NCBI GenBank assembly: GCA_013239625.1
Contig: MU054117.1
Location: 806,001 to 870,000 of the forward strand
Direction: 5' to 3'
DNA from: Lama guanicoe
Taxonomy: Eukaryota
Length of the DNA: 64,000 nt
Position 1 is the stretch's first letter. Each line of letters begins with the position of its first letter. Made by a program: the position numbers and the translations under genes. Below the pieces are notes generated by a model. That model was given only the letters and a program-made list of their open reading frames with translations, had not been told where the DNA came from and did no database searches. Positions 1 to 12,600 of this stretch are shown piece after piece.

Positions 1-759
1 CGTGCACCGACTTGAGGTCCTAAGGAAATCAGATCTAAAAGGGTTTTTAGAGATCAGATCACTTAAGGCCTCATTTGAACAGACAATAAAGTGAAAGGGC
101 AGAGAGAAATGACGTCGTATGTGGAGCCCGGGGTGTGTTACTGAGCCTCCCAGTGACTCCGGGGGTGGGCAGATGGCACAGACCCCTTCCCAGAGCCTCG
201 CAGCCAACACGTGGGTGGGGAACCAGGACCGCTGACCAGTGCCCGGGCCCCGGCCCCCACCGTCCAGGCACAGGCCTGGGGCGGCACAGCCAGGCTCGTG
301 GGGTCCTTGACGGAGCCCTGTGCCCACCCTCCTTTGCACCCCCTCCTGCTGACGTGTCATCAAAGTCCCAAGTAGGTCCGGAAACAACGTGAATTAAACT
401 GCTGAACGTTTACTACGATCTGTGCTTTCAAGGACATCTCAGACATGGATCAGACCCACCCCATCTCACTGCATTTCTACAACCACCCAGTTTCCTCTGT
501 TGCCCCAGAATTTCCCTGTCTGACGACAGGTGGAAGCAAGGGCCCCGGCTGGGTCCCGCCCTGTCCCGTTAGAGGCTTCACGAGTGGCTCCTGGGTTGCA
601 CTTTCAAAGAGTGAGGGTTGGTTCAGAAAACCTTTCCCAGAGCCATCTTGTGTTTGTCGTTTCCTTTCGGGTTAGTAAAGGCAATGCTTGGCCCACTGGC
701 GTCCGTCTGAGGAGCCAGGAGCTCTTACCTCTGCTACTGAGAACCTAGATTTGGACAAG

Positions 760-1265
760 TTTTCGTGAAAGTCTCTTGGCAACGTATAAAGAAGCGTCAC
801 CTTTACCCATGAATCCCACCTGGAATTCATCACGGGGAGAAGCATGTGGGGACACAGACGAGCACAGAACGATGCTCTGTGTTGCACACGCCCTGTACTG
901 AGACACGCACGACGAAGGCGTGCCGGGACGGTGGTGAGGTCAGCGTCGGTGATCCCCAGATGAGGAACTGACTGCGCACATCACGGAACCTCCATGTAAC
1001 TCATGCTGCGGGCTCATGCTCAAGGCCACAGGACGGCCACGGTGTGCGACTCGGGGAGAACCAGGGGACGCAGTGCTGTGGGGAGCAGGGTCCTTCCTGT
1101 AAAATCATGTTTCTGCACTTGCATGGTTGACGCTGGAAGGACAACACATAAGAGACCCTGGGGTCCCAGGTCTGGGATTCGGAAGGAATTTTTTCTACTT
1201 TTTAAATCAGTCCTTTAATTTTTCTATTATTATGATGCATAACTTTCGTAATTATAATTTAAAAG
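760..1265 (+). mobile_element. Highly degraded old L1 (L1ME-like) 3' end
   Basis: TTGGCAACGTATAAAG...CCTTTACCCATGAATCCCACCTGGAATTCATC and the terminal T-rich/TAACTTTCGTAATT..AAAAG segment resemble the recalled L1ME 3' end; heavily GC-shifted. Confidence 0.55.
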
Positions 1266-4200
1266 TTACTCCTGAAGTCAAAACAAAGGCTATTACTGAA
1301 ACCTGGAAAACAGAGGACAGCATTCTCCCTATAAAACACGTTGTAACTCACCGCGAGACGAGTTAAACCAAGCTGGGGGGTCGGGTGAGAGCTCGTCTGG
1401 GGGTGCTGGGGGAAGGGGTGGACTCGGTGGAGGAAGGCAGGTGGAGGAGGAGCCCTCTCATTTCTGTGGCCCTGGACGCCCCCTTCCACCTCCAGGGCCC
1501 CCTTGGCGTCCAGCCTCCTGCCCCCCGACACCACACCACTCACTGCCCTCCAGCCCCTCCACCCGCTCCGGCCGCTCTGCCCCAGAGTCACTCCGGCTCC
1601 CCTTCCTCATCCCTCCGGCCTCACCCAGCTTCCGGGGACTCACAGCCGTTTGTGGTCACAGCAGACTGGCTGGAGGGCAGCCGTGGCCCTCGTGGGGTGG
1701 GGGCGTCTCTGGTTTGAAGGAACTTGGGCTCCAGGACTTCCGGAGCAACACAGGGGGTCCTGCTGATGGCTCAGGCCCCCCCGGCCTTGAACAGACGCCC
1801 CGCTCCCCCTTGACACCCGTTGCAGGCAGCCCCTCGCCCCCCATCCTGCAGCCGCATCTGCTCCCGACCCTGTGGCGATGCCCACTTCGCTCAGGTTCTC
1901 TGACCTACTGACTCAGAGGGGTCACTGCTGGTTAACGAGCCCCTTGACAGACACGGACAAGGCTGCAGCAGAAAAAACAACAGAGCTGCTGCTCTCCCAC
2001 CTGACCTGTGGCCGAGCCTGGTCCGGCCTGGTGAGCGCCTGGGGAAGGTCAGCCTGTCCGCAGAGGCTGCAGCGGGTGGCGGGCGGGGAGGGGCGGGGGG
2101 AGGACCAGGCCGTGCCCAGAGGGGAGTCCAGTCTGAGAGCTGGCCTGCATCCTGGGGGAGTGAAGAAGCAGGAGAGTTTGGGAAAGATGGACGGGGCGGC
2201 AGCCAGTGGGGCGGGGCAGAGGCTGAGTCCGAGCTCCGGAGCAGATGGGTGAGAGGAGGGCGCAGCCACGCGGCTTTCAGAGGGGCCAGAGGGCCCCACC
2301 GGCCTCCGCAGCGTCTTCTGTGGGCGCACCGCATGTGGCGCTGCCCGGGAAGAGCCCGTGGCGCCGCAGAGCCCTGCGCGAGTGCTGGCCGTGACGATTA
2401 AAGGCCCAGAGCGTTTGTCGCAGCTCAGCTCTGCTCAGGTGGACGCCGCGCTCCAGACGTTTCACCAAACACCGAGCAGGACGTTGTTGTTTGGGGAAAA
2501 GATTCAGGCGCTTTCACAGAACACTGGGAAATCCAAACAGCGCACAACTGTCCCAGCGTCCGGGAGAAGCACCCTCGCTTGGTGGGGCCGGGGCCTCCCA
2601 TCCCTGGGACCCTCGGGCCCACACCCAGGGGGCCCGTGGGCACTTGGCGCCAGGAGGGCTGGGTCTGGGAAAGCGGGAAGGAAGGGTGCTCCCGTGGCCG
2701 GACCCAAGGGCTTCCTCTGGGCTTGTTCACCCCGGGACGTGCCCCACGAGCAGACCTTGCCGGAGACCGGTCTAGCACCACGGCTCCGACGGCAGGTATC
2801 GCGACCTCAGCTGTGGAAGGGACCTCGCGGCGGGACCGCCTTCCCCCGTGCCCTCCACCCGTGTCCAGCAAAGGGCCCTCAGTGTGCCGTGTGTACTGGG
2901 AGCTCGCGTCATCAGACGGATAGACAGGTGGATGGACGGACAGATGGCTGGTGGAGGATAAGTGAATTCCACAGCATTTCTGGTCTGATCGAGAACAGAC
3001 CACGCTTTCTGTCTTTCAGAGGAAATTTTCTTTCCAGTTTTTTCCTCTTAACGGAGAAAAATCTCCCTGGAACCTCCACCTGCCCTCCGCCCGCTCCTTC
3101 CTCCCCCAACGTCTGCCTGTGGCGGGGGAGGCCGTGCTGTTAGCTCTGAGGCTGATGTGGCCAGGACCACGCACGATGGGAGGGAGGGGCCCAGGGGCCA
3201 GCCCGACTCCCCCGGGTGTGGGATGAGCGCCTTCGGAGGGCAGTGGGTTTCCAGCTAAACATGATGCTTTCTCTCCTGTTTTTCACTCAGCACAAGAGCA
3301 CCCCTTAAGCCCCACCTCCTGGTGACCAGGCCACTCCTGCCTGTCTGTATCACACATCTCCGGGCAGCCAGGCCCTCCGACTCACAAGGGGTTGAAATCC
3401 CAGAGTCACAATATCACAGAGCTGCTAAAATAGGAATCACGTATCTGGGCCCCAGAACACGACAGGGACGAACACGGCTCCTTGAAACACTCCTGCCCCA
3501 TCTGCAACGCAAAAATCAAATGGGCGCAGCCGTGCACGTTCAGACGGCCTACGGTTTACAAAGGGCGCCCTGCGTCTCCTGGAAATCCGCAGTCCGTGCG
3601 GACCAACACCACAGACAGAAAGACAGGTGGGCGGGGCCGGGGTGACGACGCCCGACACGTCTGGTTGTTTTGTTAGGAAATTCTAGACCTTTAAATTGGC
3701 ACGGGGGGCTTTTCACAGCAGCGGCGGGGAAATGGAATTTCTCCCTCCCAGCTTCGACAGCTCTTTCCACTGTTCGCACACTCTTTGCACATGAATGGCC
3801 CCGGGACCAGACCAGCCTTGATTTCGTGTCAGCTGTGCTTTCTGGGGAACGGCACCTGCAGCACCGCCGTGCGCTCTTCTGGGGTTGAAAGTGCTACAGC
3901 TCACTTCACTCTGGATCCGCGCTCTAGGGCTGATGGCGGTTTTCACCTGCGCGGCCTCCTTCGACCCCACGATGCCCTGGCAGGAGGGTGAGCAGGTGTC
4001 CCCACTCTGGGCTGCAGGTGAGACCCTGGTGCCAGAGGACGCGCCCAGAGGGAGGTGGCCCCGCGCCCGTGACGCAGCCGGTCTCTGACCCGGGACCCCC
4101 GTCCTGCGTGCCGTGCGCACGGACACACATCTCGGGGACGGAAGGACCGCGGGGCCTGCTCTCAGGGGACGCGGGGGAGCCAGCGTGGGGTGTGGTGCTG

Positions 4201-5989
4201 TGGGACAGGCTGCCCACACGGAGAAAGGTTCAGCGCAGAGTGGGTGACCCACAGGGAGCCGCCCTGGAGCCTGGCTCCAGGGAAGGAGGTGGCTCCCGAC
4301 AGGACGCACTGCAGCTGCTTGTTCTACAGGTGTTTTTAATTCCCAGCGACTTCCGGCGGGCGGGAGGCTCCGGGCCTGTGGGCGCAGGGCCCCAGGTCAC
4401 AGGACGTACATCACGTACATCGGAAACCAGCCCGAAACCCTGGGGCCCAGACCAGGCTGCTGGCTGGGTGGGGTGAGGATGGTGGTCACGGCCGCATGCC
4501 GGCTCACGGGGCCTGAAACACCGGGACCGCCCACTCCAGGTCATGCCGCGTGGCCACCGCCAGCTCGGAAGTGTGTGTCGGAGTCCCCACGGCAGGCTGT
4601 GGGGGCCTTGTGTGGGGGACCAGGCGCAGCTCAGAGAGAGCAGTGGCCCAGGGCACCGGCTCCTGGAGGCCAAGTGAGTCTGTGTGCAAAGAGCTGTGAC
4701 CCGATCTTTCTGCTGATGGCAACGGGCACCCAGGGTCAGGGGACACTGAGACTTCGGCCCAAAGCCACGAATCCCTAACTTCTCAGTCTAAGCGCGGTCT
4801 CAGGGCCCTGTTCTGTGGAAGCAGCAAAGGCCTGCTTGTCTTACAGAGAGTCAGTCACTCGTTCACTTGCTCATCAGCCGGGTCCACATGCAGAGTAACG
4901 CCCAGCACCAGCTTGTTGCTTGGTAAGTAGGTTTCCTCCCCTCTCACGCCCTTGCCGGGCCTCACCCGGATGGTGGGTGGACGGCGCGGCCACCTGCAGC
5001 TCCGGGGGGTGCGGGGAGCACGATGGGGCGGTGGCACCGAGGCGGCCAGAGCTGGGCCAGGGAGCCGGTGGGCGAATTGGGCTGTGTCGGGGGCTGGTTC
5101 CACGTAATGATTTACAGCATGGCTGAGGGCTCGTTTCTGGGCTTAGGTAGACAGAGTCACCCAACTCCAAGACTGGGGAGCACTTGCTCTAAACACCTGC
5201 AGGATTTTGGTGACCATAAGCCTTTTTCAGGCAAGAACATGACAGGACGGTCGAAACGTGACCCTGGGCTACGTCGTCGGACACAGAACAGAGCGGACAG
5301 TAAGATCCCGGTGCCCTGTCTGACCAGACCAGACCTCTGGGCATCGCTCGGAAGCAGCACCGCAAGCCCAGGAGGACACCCAGGACGGGACGGTCCCGTC
5401 ACACGCAGAGCGGCTGAGGGGAGCGAGGCGGCTCGGAGGAGGTTCAGGCAGGAACAGAAACATCACTTCCAAAATCTCAGAGCGATGGCAAGAGGAGCAG
5501 GCCCTTTATTCTGTGTGGCAGGAGAGGCCGGAATGGGGTCAGAGCACAGGGCACAGGGGTTCTCCCCTTACTATCAGGAGGAATTTCCCACAATTAGAGT
5601 TGGACGAAGGAGAGCTGGTGGGCAGCCCGCCCCGCACCCCTGCCCCGCCCCCACGTGGAAGGCGAAGTCCCTTTCCTCCTGCAGCAGTGGGCAGCCAGGT
5701 GACCTCCAGAGCCCCTTCCAACGGTCCCAGTGACAACCAAAGCAGACACCACGTGCTCCCCGCCAGGCGTCCCGGCTCTGAAGACGTAGCCGGGCGGGAG
5801 GGGCTGGCCAGCCCCCAGCCGTGGCTCCCTGGTGCTTCCCACACGCGCCAGACACACGTCGGCCTGGGTGGAGCCACCCGGACGCCTGCGTCACGTCGTG
5901 GGTGAGGACCAGCTGAGGACTCGCAGGGCTCACACGATCCCAAAGAGCCCTCGCAGCCTGGGCATCCTGCTTTTCAGTCGGGGGTAAAA

Positions 5990-6110
5990 CACTCACAGAC
6001 GTAAAGGTTACCATTTTAACCATTTTTAAGTGAAGAGTCAGCAGCCTTAAGTGCATTCACGTTGTCACGTAACCGTCACCACGATTCGTCCCCAGAACGT
6101 TCATCCTACT
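5990..6110 (-). mobile_element. L1MB-like 3' terminal fragment
   Basis: TTACCATTTTAACCATTTTTAAGTG...AAGTGCATTCAC...AACCGTCACCAC is the characteristic reverse-complement L1MB 3' end. Confidence 0.85.
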
Positions 6111-7949
6111 TTTCGGTGTCATCACGAAGCTGAAAAATTCTTCCCCAAAGCTGATCCTAGTTTGATCAGCCACGGACTAGATGACGCGGCTTCCCCTGCC
6201 GGCCCGCCGTGGACGTGGCTGCCCCCCCACCCCGGCGGGCGCACCCTTGAGCTCCTCATGGAGCCAGCGTCTGACGCTGACACAGCAGGTGGGAGGTCAC
6301 GCCTGTCGTGGGCTCCAGGTCGGGGGTTCCAGGTGGACACAGGACGCCCGGCTCTGCTGCCCATGCGCAGCTGGCTTCTGTTTGCTGGGGCAGAGGCGAC
6401 GTTGTGCGAGGCCTCTTCTCCCTCCGGGGCTGACCACCACCCCTGGGGAAACGGGGCAGCCTGGGTCCGGTTCCACCTTTTCCTGAAGGGAACAGAGGAC
6501 AGTAATCTTCAAGCGTTCAAGGGCGCAATCCGCTGGCTCAGTGCAGACAGTTCACTGCAGGCTTGCAGGCCTTGGAGAATCGAGGGTGGCTTTAATTAAT
6601 TCCAGTAACACGCCTTGCAATGTTTACATTCCAAATTACCTTCAGGTCAGAAGTACGTGGCCCAGAACCACAGTTTGGGGGCAATAAAATTCCACTGCCG
6701 TGCCTCCAGCATCTGGAAGCCATTTGCTGAGAGACAGAGTCTGCTGTTTGGGAAGGTTCGCTGTGCTCTGGGAGACAGATGAGGTGGCACTGGCTTCCCC
6801 CCAAGCTGCTGGCCTAAGAGAAGGCCCGGGCGGGCTCCGGAGCCGGGTGACGTCCTGTGCGCTCCGAGCGGAGGGGGAGCGGCACCCCCTGCAGACAGGA
6901 AGCCTGGGACGGGAGCCGGGGAGCTGGGGGAGGGGGCGGATGCGGCCCCACAACCAGGATCAGGTTTCTAGAAATTATTCCACGCCGTTGCAGACGCCGG
7001 CCTGACTTTGCCAAAACCGGGGTCCTCCTCCTCCTGCTCGTGTCCTCCTCCCACTGCACCCCTTCTAGGGCTCCCAGAAAACCCCTCTGCGTGAAGGAGG
7101 GCATCTGGGGGCCACGGCTGGCTCTCCTGACGCTGTCCCTGACGGAGGACACCTCGAGCTGGTGGCAGGACGTATGCAGAATGCACAGCCCCTCGTGCAC
7201 GAGGGCCGGAACCCAGGGACAGAAAGGGCCGGGGGTAGCAGGCCCTGCCTGCGGAGCTTTCCTTGGCCATCTGGCCTGCGGGCAGGGCTGCCCACTTCCG
7301 GTCACTGTCTCCCTCCTCAGACCTAAGACGGGAGGGCGGGGTTAGGAAAACTGCTTTCTGTTTGCTCCTTTGGAAGTCAAATTTCCCAAGGAGTCAGTCA
7401 TGCTGTGGGGCTTTCTGTGTTTCTCTAAACAAATCAACACTCACATAAGCCCTGTCATCTGTCAGTGTCACTCCACCCCCGCCCGTCCAAAACCGAGCCG
7501 GCTTTGTTGGAGACACTTCTGGAATTCTAGTCTCGTCTCTCTGGCCCGGAGGGAAGGGGCCGGTGCGGCCACGCTCCCGGCTGTGGGGACAGGAGGGAGG
7601 GGAAGTGGGCCCTGTGGTCCTGCGGACCTGCACCTGGACGTGGCCGCCCCGTGGCTCTGGGACCCAGCAGTGAGATGTGCAGGTGTCCCCTCCTCCCCGG
7701 ACTGTGAGTCGCCAGAAGGCAGGGGCACATCTGTGCAGGTCACCAGGTGGGGTGCTCACAACGCCACCGGCACAGTGGGCCTAGAAGGGCTTTCAGACCA
7801 GCAAGGGGACATCGCCGGTCACACGCGCCCCACGCAGCCCCGCTCACCCACACGGGCGGTTGTGACCCGAGTTCCTCTCTTCCCTGCCCAGCGTGGGCGT
7901 TGGGACGGTTCCTGTAATTAAGCAGTTTTGGTTCATTACTGCGTGCGTC

Positions 7950-8048
7950 AGCATCTCACCAGTGGCGTCCGAGATGACTGCATCGGAACCACACGGCGGG
8001 GAGGGGGCGTGCTGGTTAAAGATGCAGATTCCTGGCCTCCACCCCGGG
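7950..8048. mobile_element. MER5-like hAT-Charlie DNA transposon fragment
   Basis: GCATCGGAACCAC...GGTTAAAGATGCAGATTCCTGGCCTCCACCCC matches the MER5 core. Confidence 0.7.
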
Positions 8049-9367
8049 CTGTCCTCCCTGGGGACTCCAGGGGTCTCCCCTCCACACAAGCCCCCCTACC
8101 CCCGGCATTGCCTCTGGGCTCTGGGGGCCTCTCTTCCTGTCCCGGCTTTTCAGGGTCTGCGACCATGGGCGCTTGTGCTGGTCTTTGGAGAGGACGGACG
8201 GGCAGCTAGTTACATGCGTGGGTTTAAGCCACAGGGACGGGCACCTCCAGCCTGTGGAGAATCTGTGCCGGGGGATCCCAGGGTCAGCCACGCAGAGAGG
8301 ACCGCTGTCCAGAGCCTGTTCCCAGGAGGGTCCTCGTGCGTCCAGACTGACGGCTCCATGGGTGTGAGAACGTGCCCGGCCTGGCTGTGCCGCGCAGGAA
8401 CACCTGAGAGCCCCAGCTCCAGGCCCTGCACCGCCGCCCCGTGAGCTAACTGTGAGGAGACTCCAGGGGCCCCAAGGTGGTCCTGAGCGGCCAGGGACGG
8501 GCTGACGCCCAGGCCGACCAGTGTCGCCCAAAACCACACGCAGCAGCTGCCATCAGCTCCTCAGAGCCACAGTCAGCCGGGCAAGAACGTGACATCGTGT
8601 TCAGGGTTAAAACTCTCCAAGTTGAAAGCCCCTGGACGCCTTCCCACCACACGTGGTCCTCTCCTAGACCCCATTGTTGACGCCTGCGAGCTACTCACCG
8701 TAGCTCAGTGTTTGGAGGCGAAGGGCATCTGTGCCTTGCAGAGAGGGCTCGTTCCCAGGTCCGGACACGCCTAGGGGCCTGTGACAATCTGCCTCCCCAC
8801 CGTTCCGGGGGTGGACGCGCACTCACTCTTCCAGCTTCGTGGCCCTGCTCGGGGCAGGGGCAGTGACAGCTCAGGGACAGCCTGTCACCAGGTGATTTCA
8901 TGTGATCAGAGAAGCCAGGCGCCTTCCCCCTGCACAGAGACACACGTGCACACACACGCACGTGTGCACACGATCTGGACTGACGGTACCTAGCCAGAAC
9001 GCGCCCTCTGACACGCCCCGTCCCAGAGTCAGGCCCTGCAGACACCCCGTCTGTCCTCGCCCGAACTCCCAGAGCTCTGACAGCACCAGTGACAGACGCC
9101 ACCTCCTCCCCGCCCGCACCCGGCAGGTGGGGGAGGCTGAGCCTCCTACCTGGGCCACGCCAGGGCTCCTCTGGGGAAGGACACCCCCCGCCAGGGAGGC
9201 AGCAGGGTCGGCGCAAGGACGGCCCCCCAGCCCCAGCGGCCGTCCACACACTCGTGGGCCGCGGTGGGACCTGACAGAGGCTGGCCCTCTGCACAGCCGC
9301 ACGCGGCCCGGCCACTCAGACGCACCCACCGACGGCCTCTGTCACTGCCGAGCGGGTCCCCCAGACT

Positions 9368-9640
9368 CACAGGATGGAGTCCAAACCCCCTGCACCCCCG
9401 GGTCTGTGTTTCAGATGAGGCTTCACAGGGAAGCGAAGTTGAAATGAGGTCACTCGGGGAGCCTCACCCAGTCTGACGGGTGTCCCTACGAGACGAGGAA
9501 GTCTGGGCACAGGGAAGACGGCGTCTAACACCGAGGAGAGGCCTCGAGAAGCCAACCCACTGACACCCTGACCTCGGGCTTCTGGCCTCCAGAGGGGAGG
9601 GGCATGTCTGTGTTGAAGACGCAGGTTCTCAGTCTGTCGG
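9368..9640 (+). mobile_element. MLT1 (ERVL-MaLR, MLT1B-like) solo LTR fragment
   Basis: AAGTTGAAATGAGGTCA...CCAGTCTGACGGGTGTCCCTACGAGACGAGGAA...GACACCCTGACCTCGGGCTTCTGGCCTCCAGA follows the recalled MLT1B consensus. Confidence 0.8.
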
Positions 9641-12600
9641 ACGCTGGTGAATGGGAGCACGGCCCTCACACTGCAGCCCCCGCGGCCGGCCGGCGGGCCT
9701 GGGCGGGGTGGGCGGGGTCAGGGGAAGGAAGGGTCCCAGCCACGTCCCCGCACGTGGCCCCCCGGCTCCGGCGGGCACGGACACTTGCTTCTCGCTCTGT
9801 GACGTGGGTTCTGCATCCACGAGGCTCCGGGTGACCCCTCCCTGTGGAGGGGCCACAGGTCCAGCCGGAGCGCTCGGCTGAAGGCCGCAAGCCGGCTCCC
9901 GGGCCTGAATCGGGATGCCGAGGGCAGGCGCAAAGCAGACCAAACACGTTCTCCTCACGAGGGAGTATTTACTGAGCGGTTTACACACTGAGCGGGTCTT
10001 ATGTAAGAGTCAACATGTTCAAAGCACTAAAAATAGGTCTGTGCACTTTCTGGTGAACAGCCGATGGGCTGAACACCTCCCCAAGAAAGGGGCACACATG
10101 TGCAGCAAGGTGAGTGTCCCTCCTCGCCTGCACCCCTGCTCGGCTCGCTGGGGCCCATCGGGGGACGGCCACAGACCAGGGAGCCCCGCCCAGCAGAGCA
10201 GAGACGCCCTCGGGCTTCCCAGAACAGGCAACTTCCTGCAGGCCTGTCCTGCCTCTGCGGGAGGTGGGCGTGGCCTCTGCCTCCCCCACCCAGAGGCAGG
10301 CCGGGCCCCTCCGCGCTCACTTCCCAGTCGTGGGAGAGGCCCCCGGCCAGAGGCCTCGGAGGCCTCGGGTAGGAATCCGCTGAGCAGGGCTCACCAAGTA
10401 GCAGAGGTGGCCAGACTTCAGTTCGTAAACACTTGCTGGTCACGAAAACCATCCAGCCTCAAAAGCAGTGTCCTTTCCAGAAACCCACACACGTCTCCTT
10501 GTAAGTGACCCAAAAGTTTACAAATTTTTTCCTAATAAATCGGTTGGATTATACTCCTGTAGAATTACTGACCCTTAAAAGTCTTCAAAACAGCCTCGGA
10601 CCACACCGACGGCTCATTCAGTCTCAAGCCCTGCCCGGTCCCCTCTCACTCTTCCCTCTGGCTGGTCGGCACCCAGGGAGGGCCGAGCCAGGAGCAGGGC
10701 CTGGGCTCCACCTCTGCCGCAGCCAGGCTGGGGAGCCCTGTGCACGCGGGCCTCGTGCGGCTCCCGTGGAAGAACAAAGGGCGGGCGGCGTCTCTATGGC
10801 TCCCTTGGGCCCTGCCTGGCAGGACCTTCCTGTCTGCTTTTCCCAAAGCTGATCAGCCGGGGACGTGAGTGTCCCAGAAGTTCACAGCTTCGGGGATCGA
10901 GAGGCGCTTTACTTCCAGACGTCTCTGAACCTCGAAAATGCTCATCTTTGTGCCCCTCCAGGAAGGGGATCAAGCTGCAGCACTCCTGACATAAGGCATA
11001 AAGTCTGATCATTAAAAGCGTTTTTATAGGACTGGAGAACTCGTAAGGCGGGAGGGGGTGGGAGGGCCCCAGAGCCCATCCCCTGGTCGGCCGTTTGGGG
11101 CAGAGATCTGGAAGAGATCTGGCTGAGGCCAGGGGTCCCCGGGCCAGGCAGAGAAGGCAGCTTTGTCCAGGTGTGCTGTTCCCGCCCTGGCCCGTCCCCT
11201 CCTCCACACATCCCACAGCCTCCAGGTCCCTCCCTGCAGCCGGCCTGCCTTGGCACCATCAACCCCGGTGGACAAACGTGGCCCATTTAGTGAGTGGATA
11301 CGTGAGGTGCAGGGAGGTTCACAACGTGGTTGAGGTCACGCCACTGGGAAGAGCTTGGAGGTTCCTGAAACAGTGCTCGTGACCCTGGGCCGTGTGACGT
11401 GGGCTGGGGGCACCCAGGGGCGAGAGGGGTCCCTGACCTCACCGTGCTCCAAAGAGCTCAGAGCACCTGCAGCAGTGATCTCCACGCGGGGGAGGACGCA
11501 GAAACGTACGCCGTGACCCATCATCCCAGACAGCATCTCGACGTCTGACCACATCTGACCACGTCTCCCTTCTCTGACGTCCCAGAAGAGGGTGGGCCCG
11601 TCTCCTGGGACCCCCGCCCTCCACTGACCCAGCACCGGCCGGTCTCACTCCCGATCCATCGTCTTCTGAGGACGAGGTCAGTCCTGCCCAGGAGCCAGCA
11701 GGAGGCCTGGCACTCTAACGTCCCAGCCTGGAGACGCCCTCCTGCAGGGTTACTGACAGTGAGGCTCACACCGCCCGGACCCAGGCCGTTCACTCAACCC
11801 GCTGAGCAGCGAGAAGGAAGACAGCCTTCCTTGTCTTCGCAGCTAGAGAAACGCTTTCCAGGCAGACCTCAGAGCAAGGTGTGCAGGGCTGCCCGAGCGG
11901 GACCCCTCCCTCTGTCTCACCGAGGGCATCTGGAGGAGGTCTCCCTGCGGGCCCGCTGCCGCCCCGCGCAGCGAGCAGCGGCGACACTGACGGCAGGCAG
12001 ACCAGCCTCAGTGCGCTGGTGGCCGCTTCTCCTCTTGCTTCCCGGAAGGGACGGACAGGGACTCTTCGGGGACCGGGCTGTGCTGCCCAGAGCAACTGTT
12101 CTAGAGGCCGCCTCTCCGAGTCGCCTCCAGCTCTGTCACTGCCAAAGCCTGCCTTCTCCGCGGCAGGATGGGGCTGTGACAAGTTTTAATAAAACTGTGT
12201 TTATGCTGAACACAAGGCCAAACGGAATCTCCAGACTCTTATTTACAAACACCCCAACTGGAAGCAAGCAAAACAGTGCAAAACTGCTGGCCGCCCTCCC
12301 TTCCTGCCCTGCCCTCCCCCGGTGTCCTGGTCTCCAAGGAGCCAGATCCAGGGAGGGAGCCGGTCGTTTGCAGGGACTCCGCGAGGCGGTGCAGGGGGCC
12401 CTCCGCCCCCGGCTCCAGGCCGGGCCGTGGGTGGGTGAGCAGAGCCCTCAGACAGACGCCCGCCCGGGTTCCACTTTGATCGCTTTGGCTGGGGTTTCTG
12501 GATTTTGAGCCCCTCAGCAAGAGTCTGCTCCATTGCCAGTAACTTTTTTTTAGCTTCGGAGGAAGGAGCTCTGATGGTTTCACGTTAATGAAGGTTACAT

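Noticed and set aside
5580-5589. NF-kB site GGAATTTCCC
   Set aside because: It is an isolated 10-mer, possibly within an ancient repeat remnant, with no supporting cluster.
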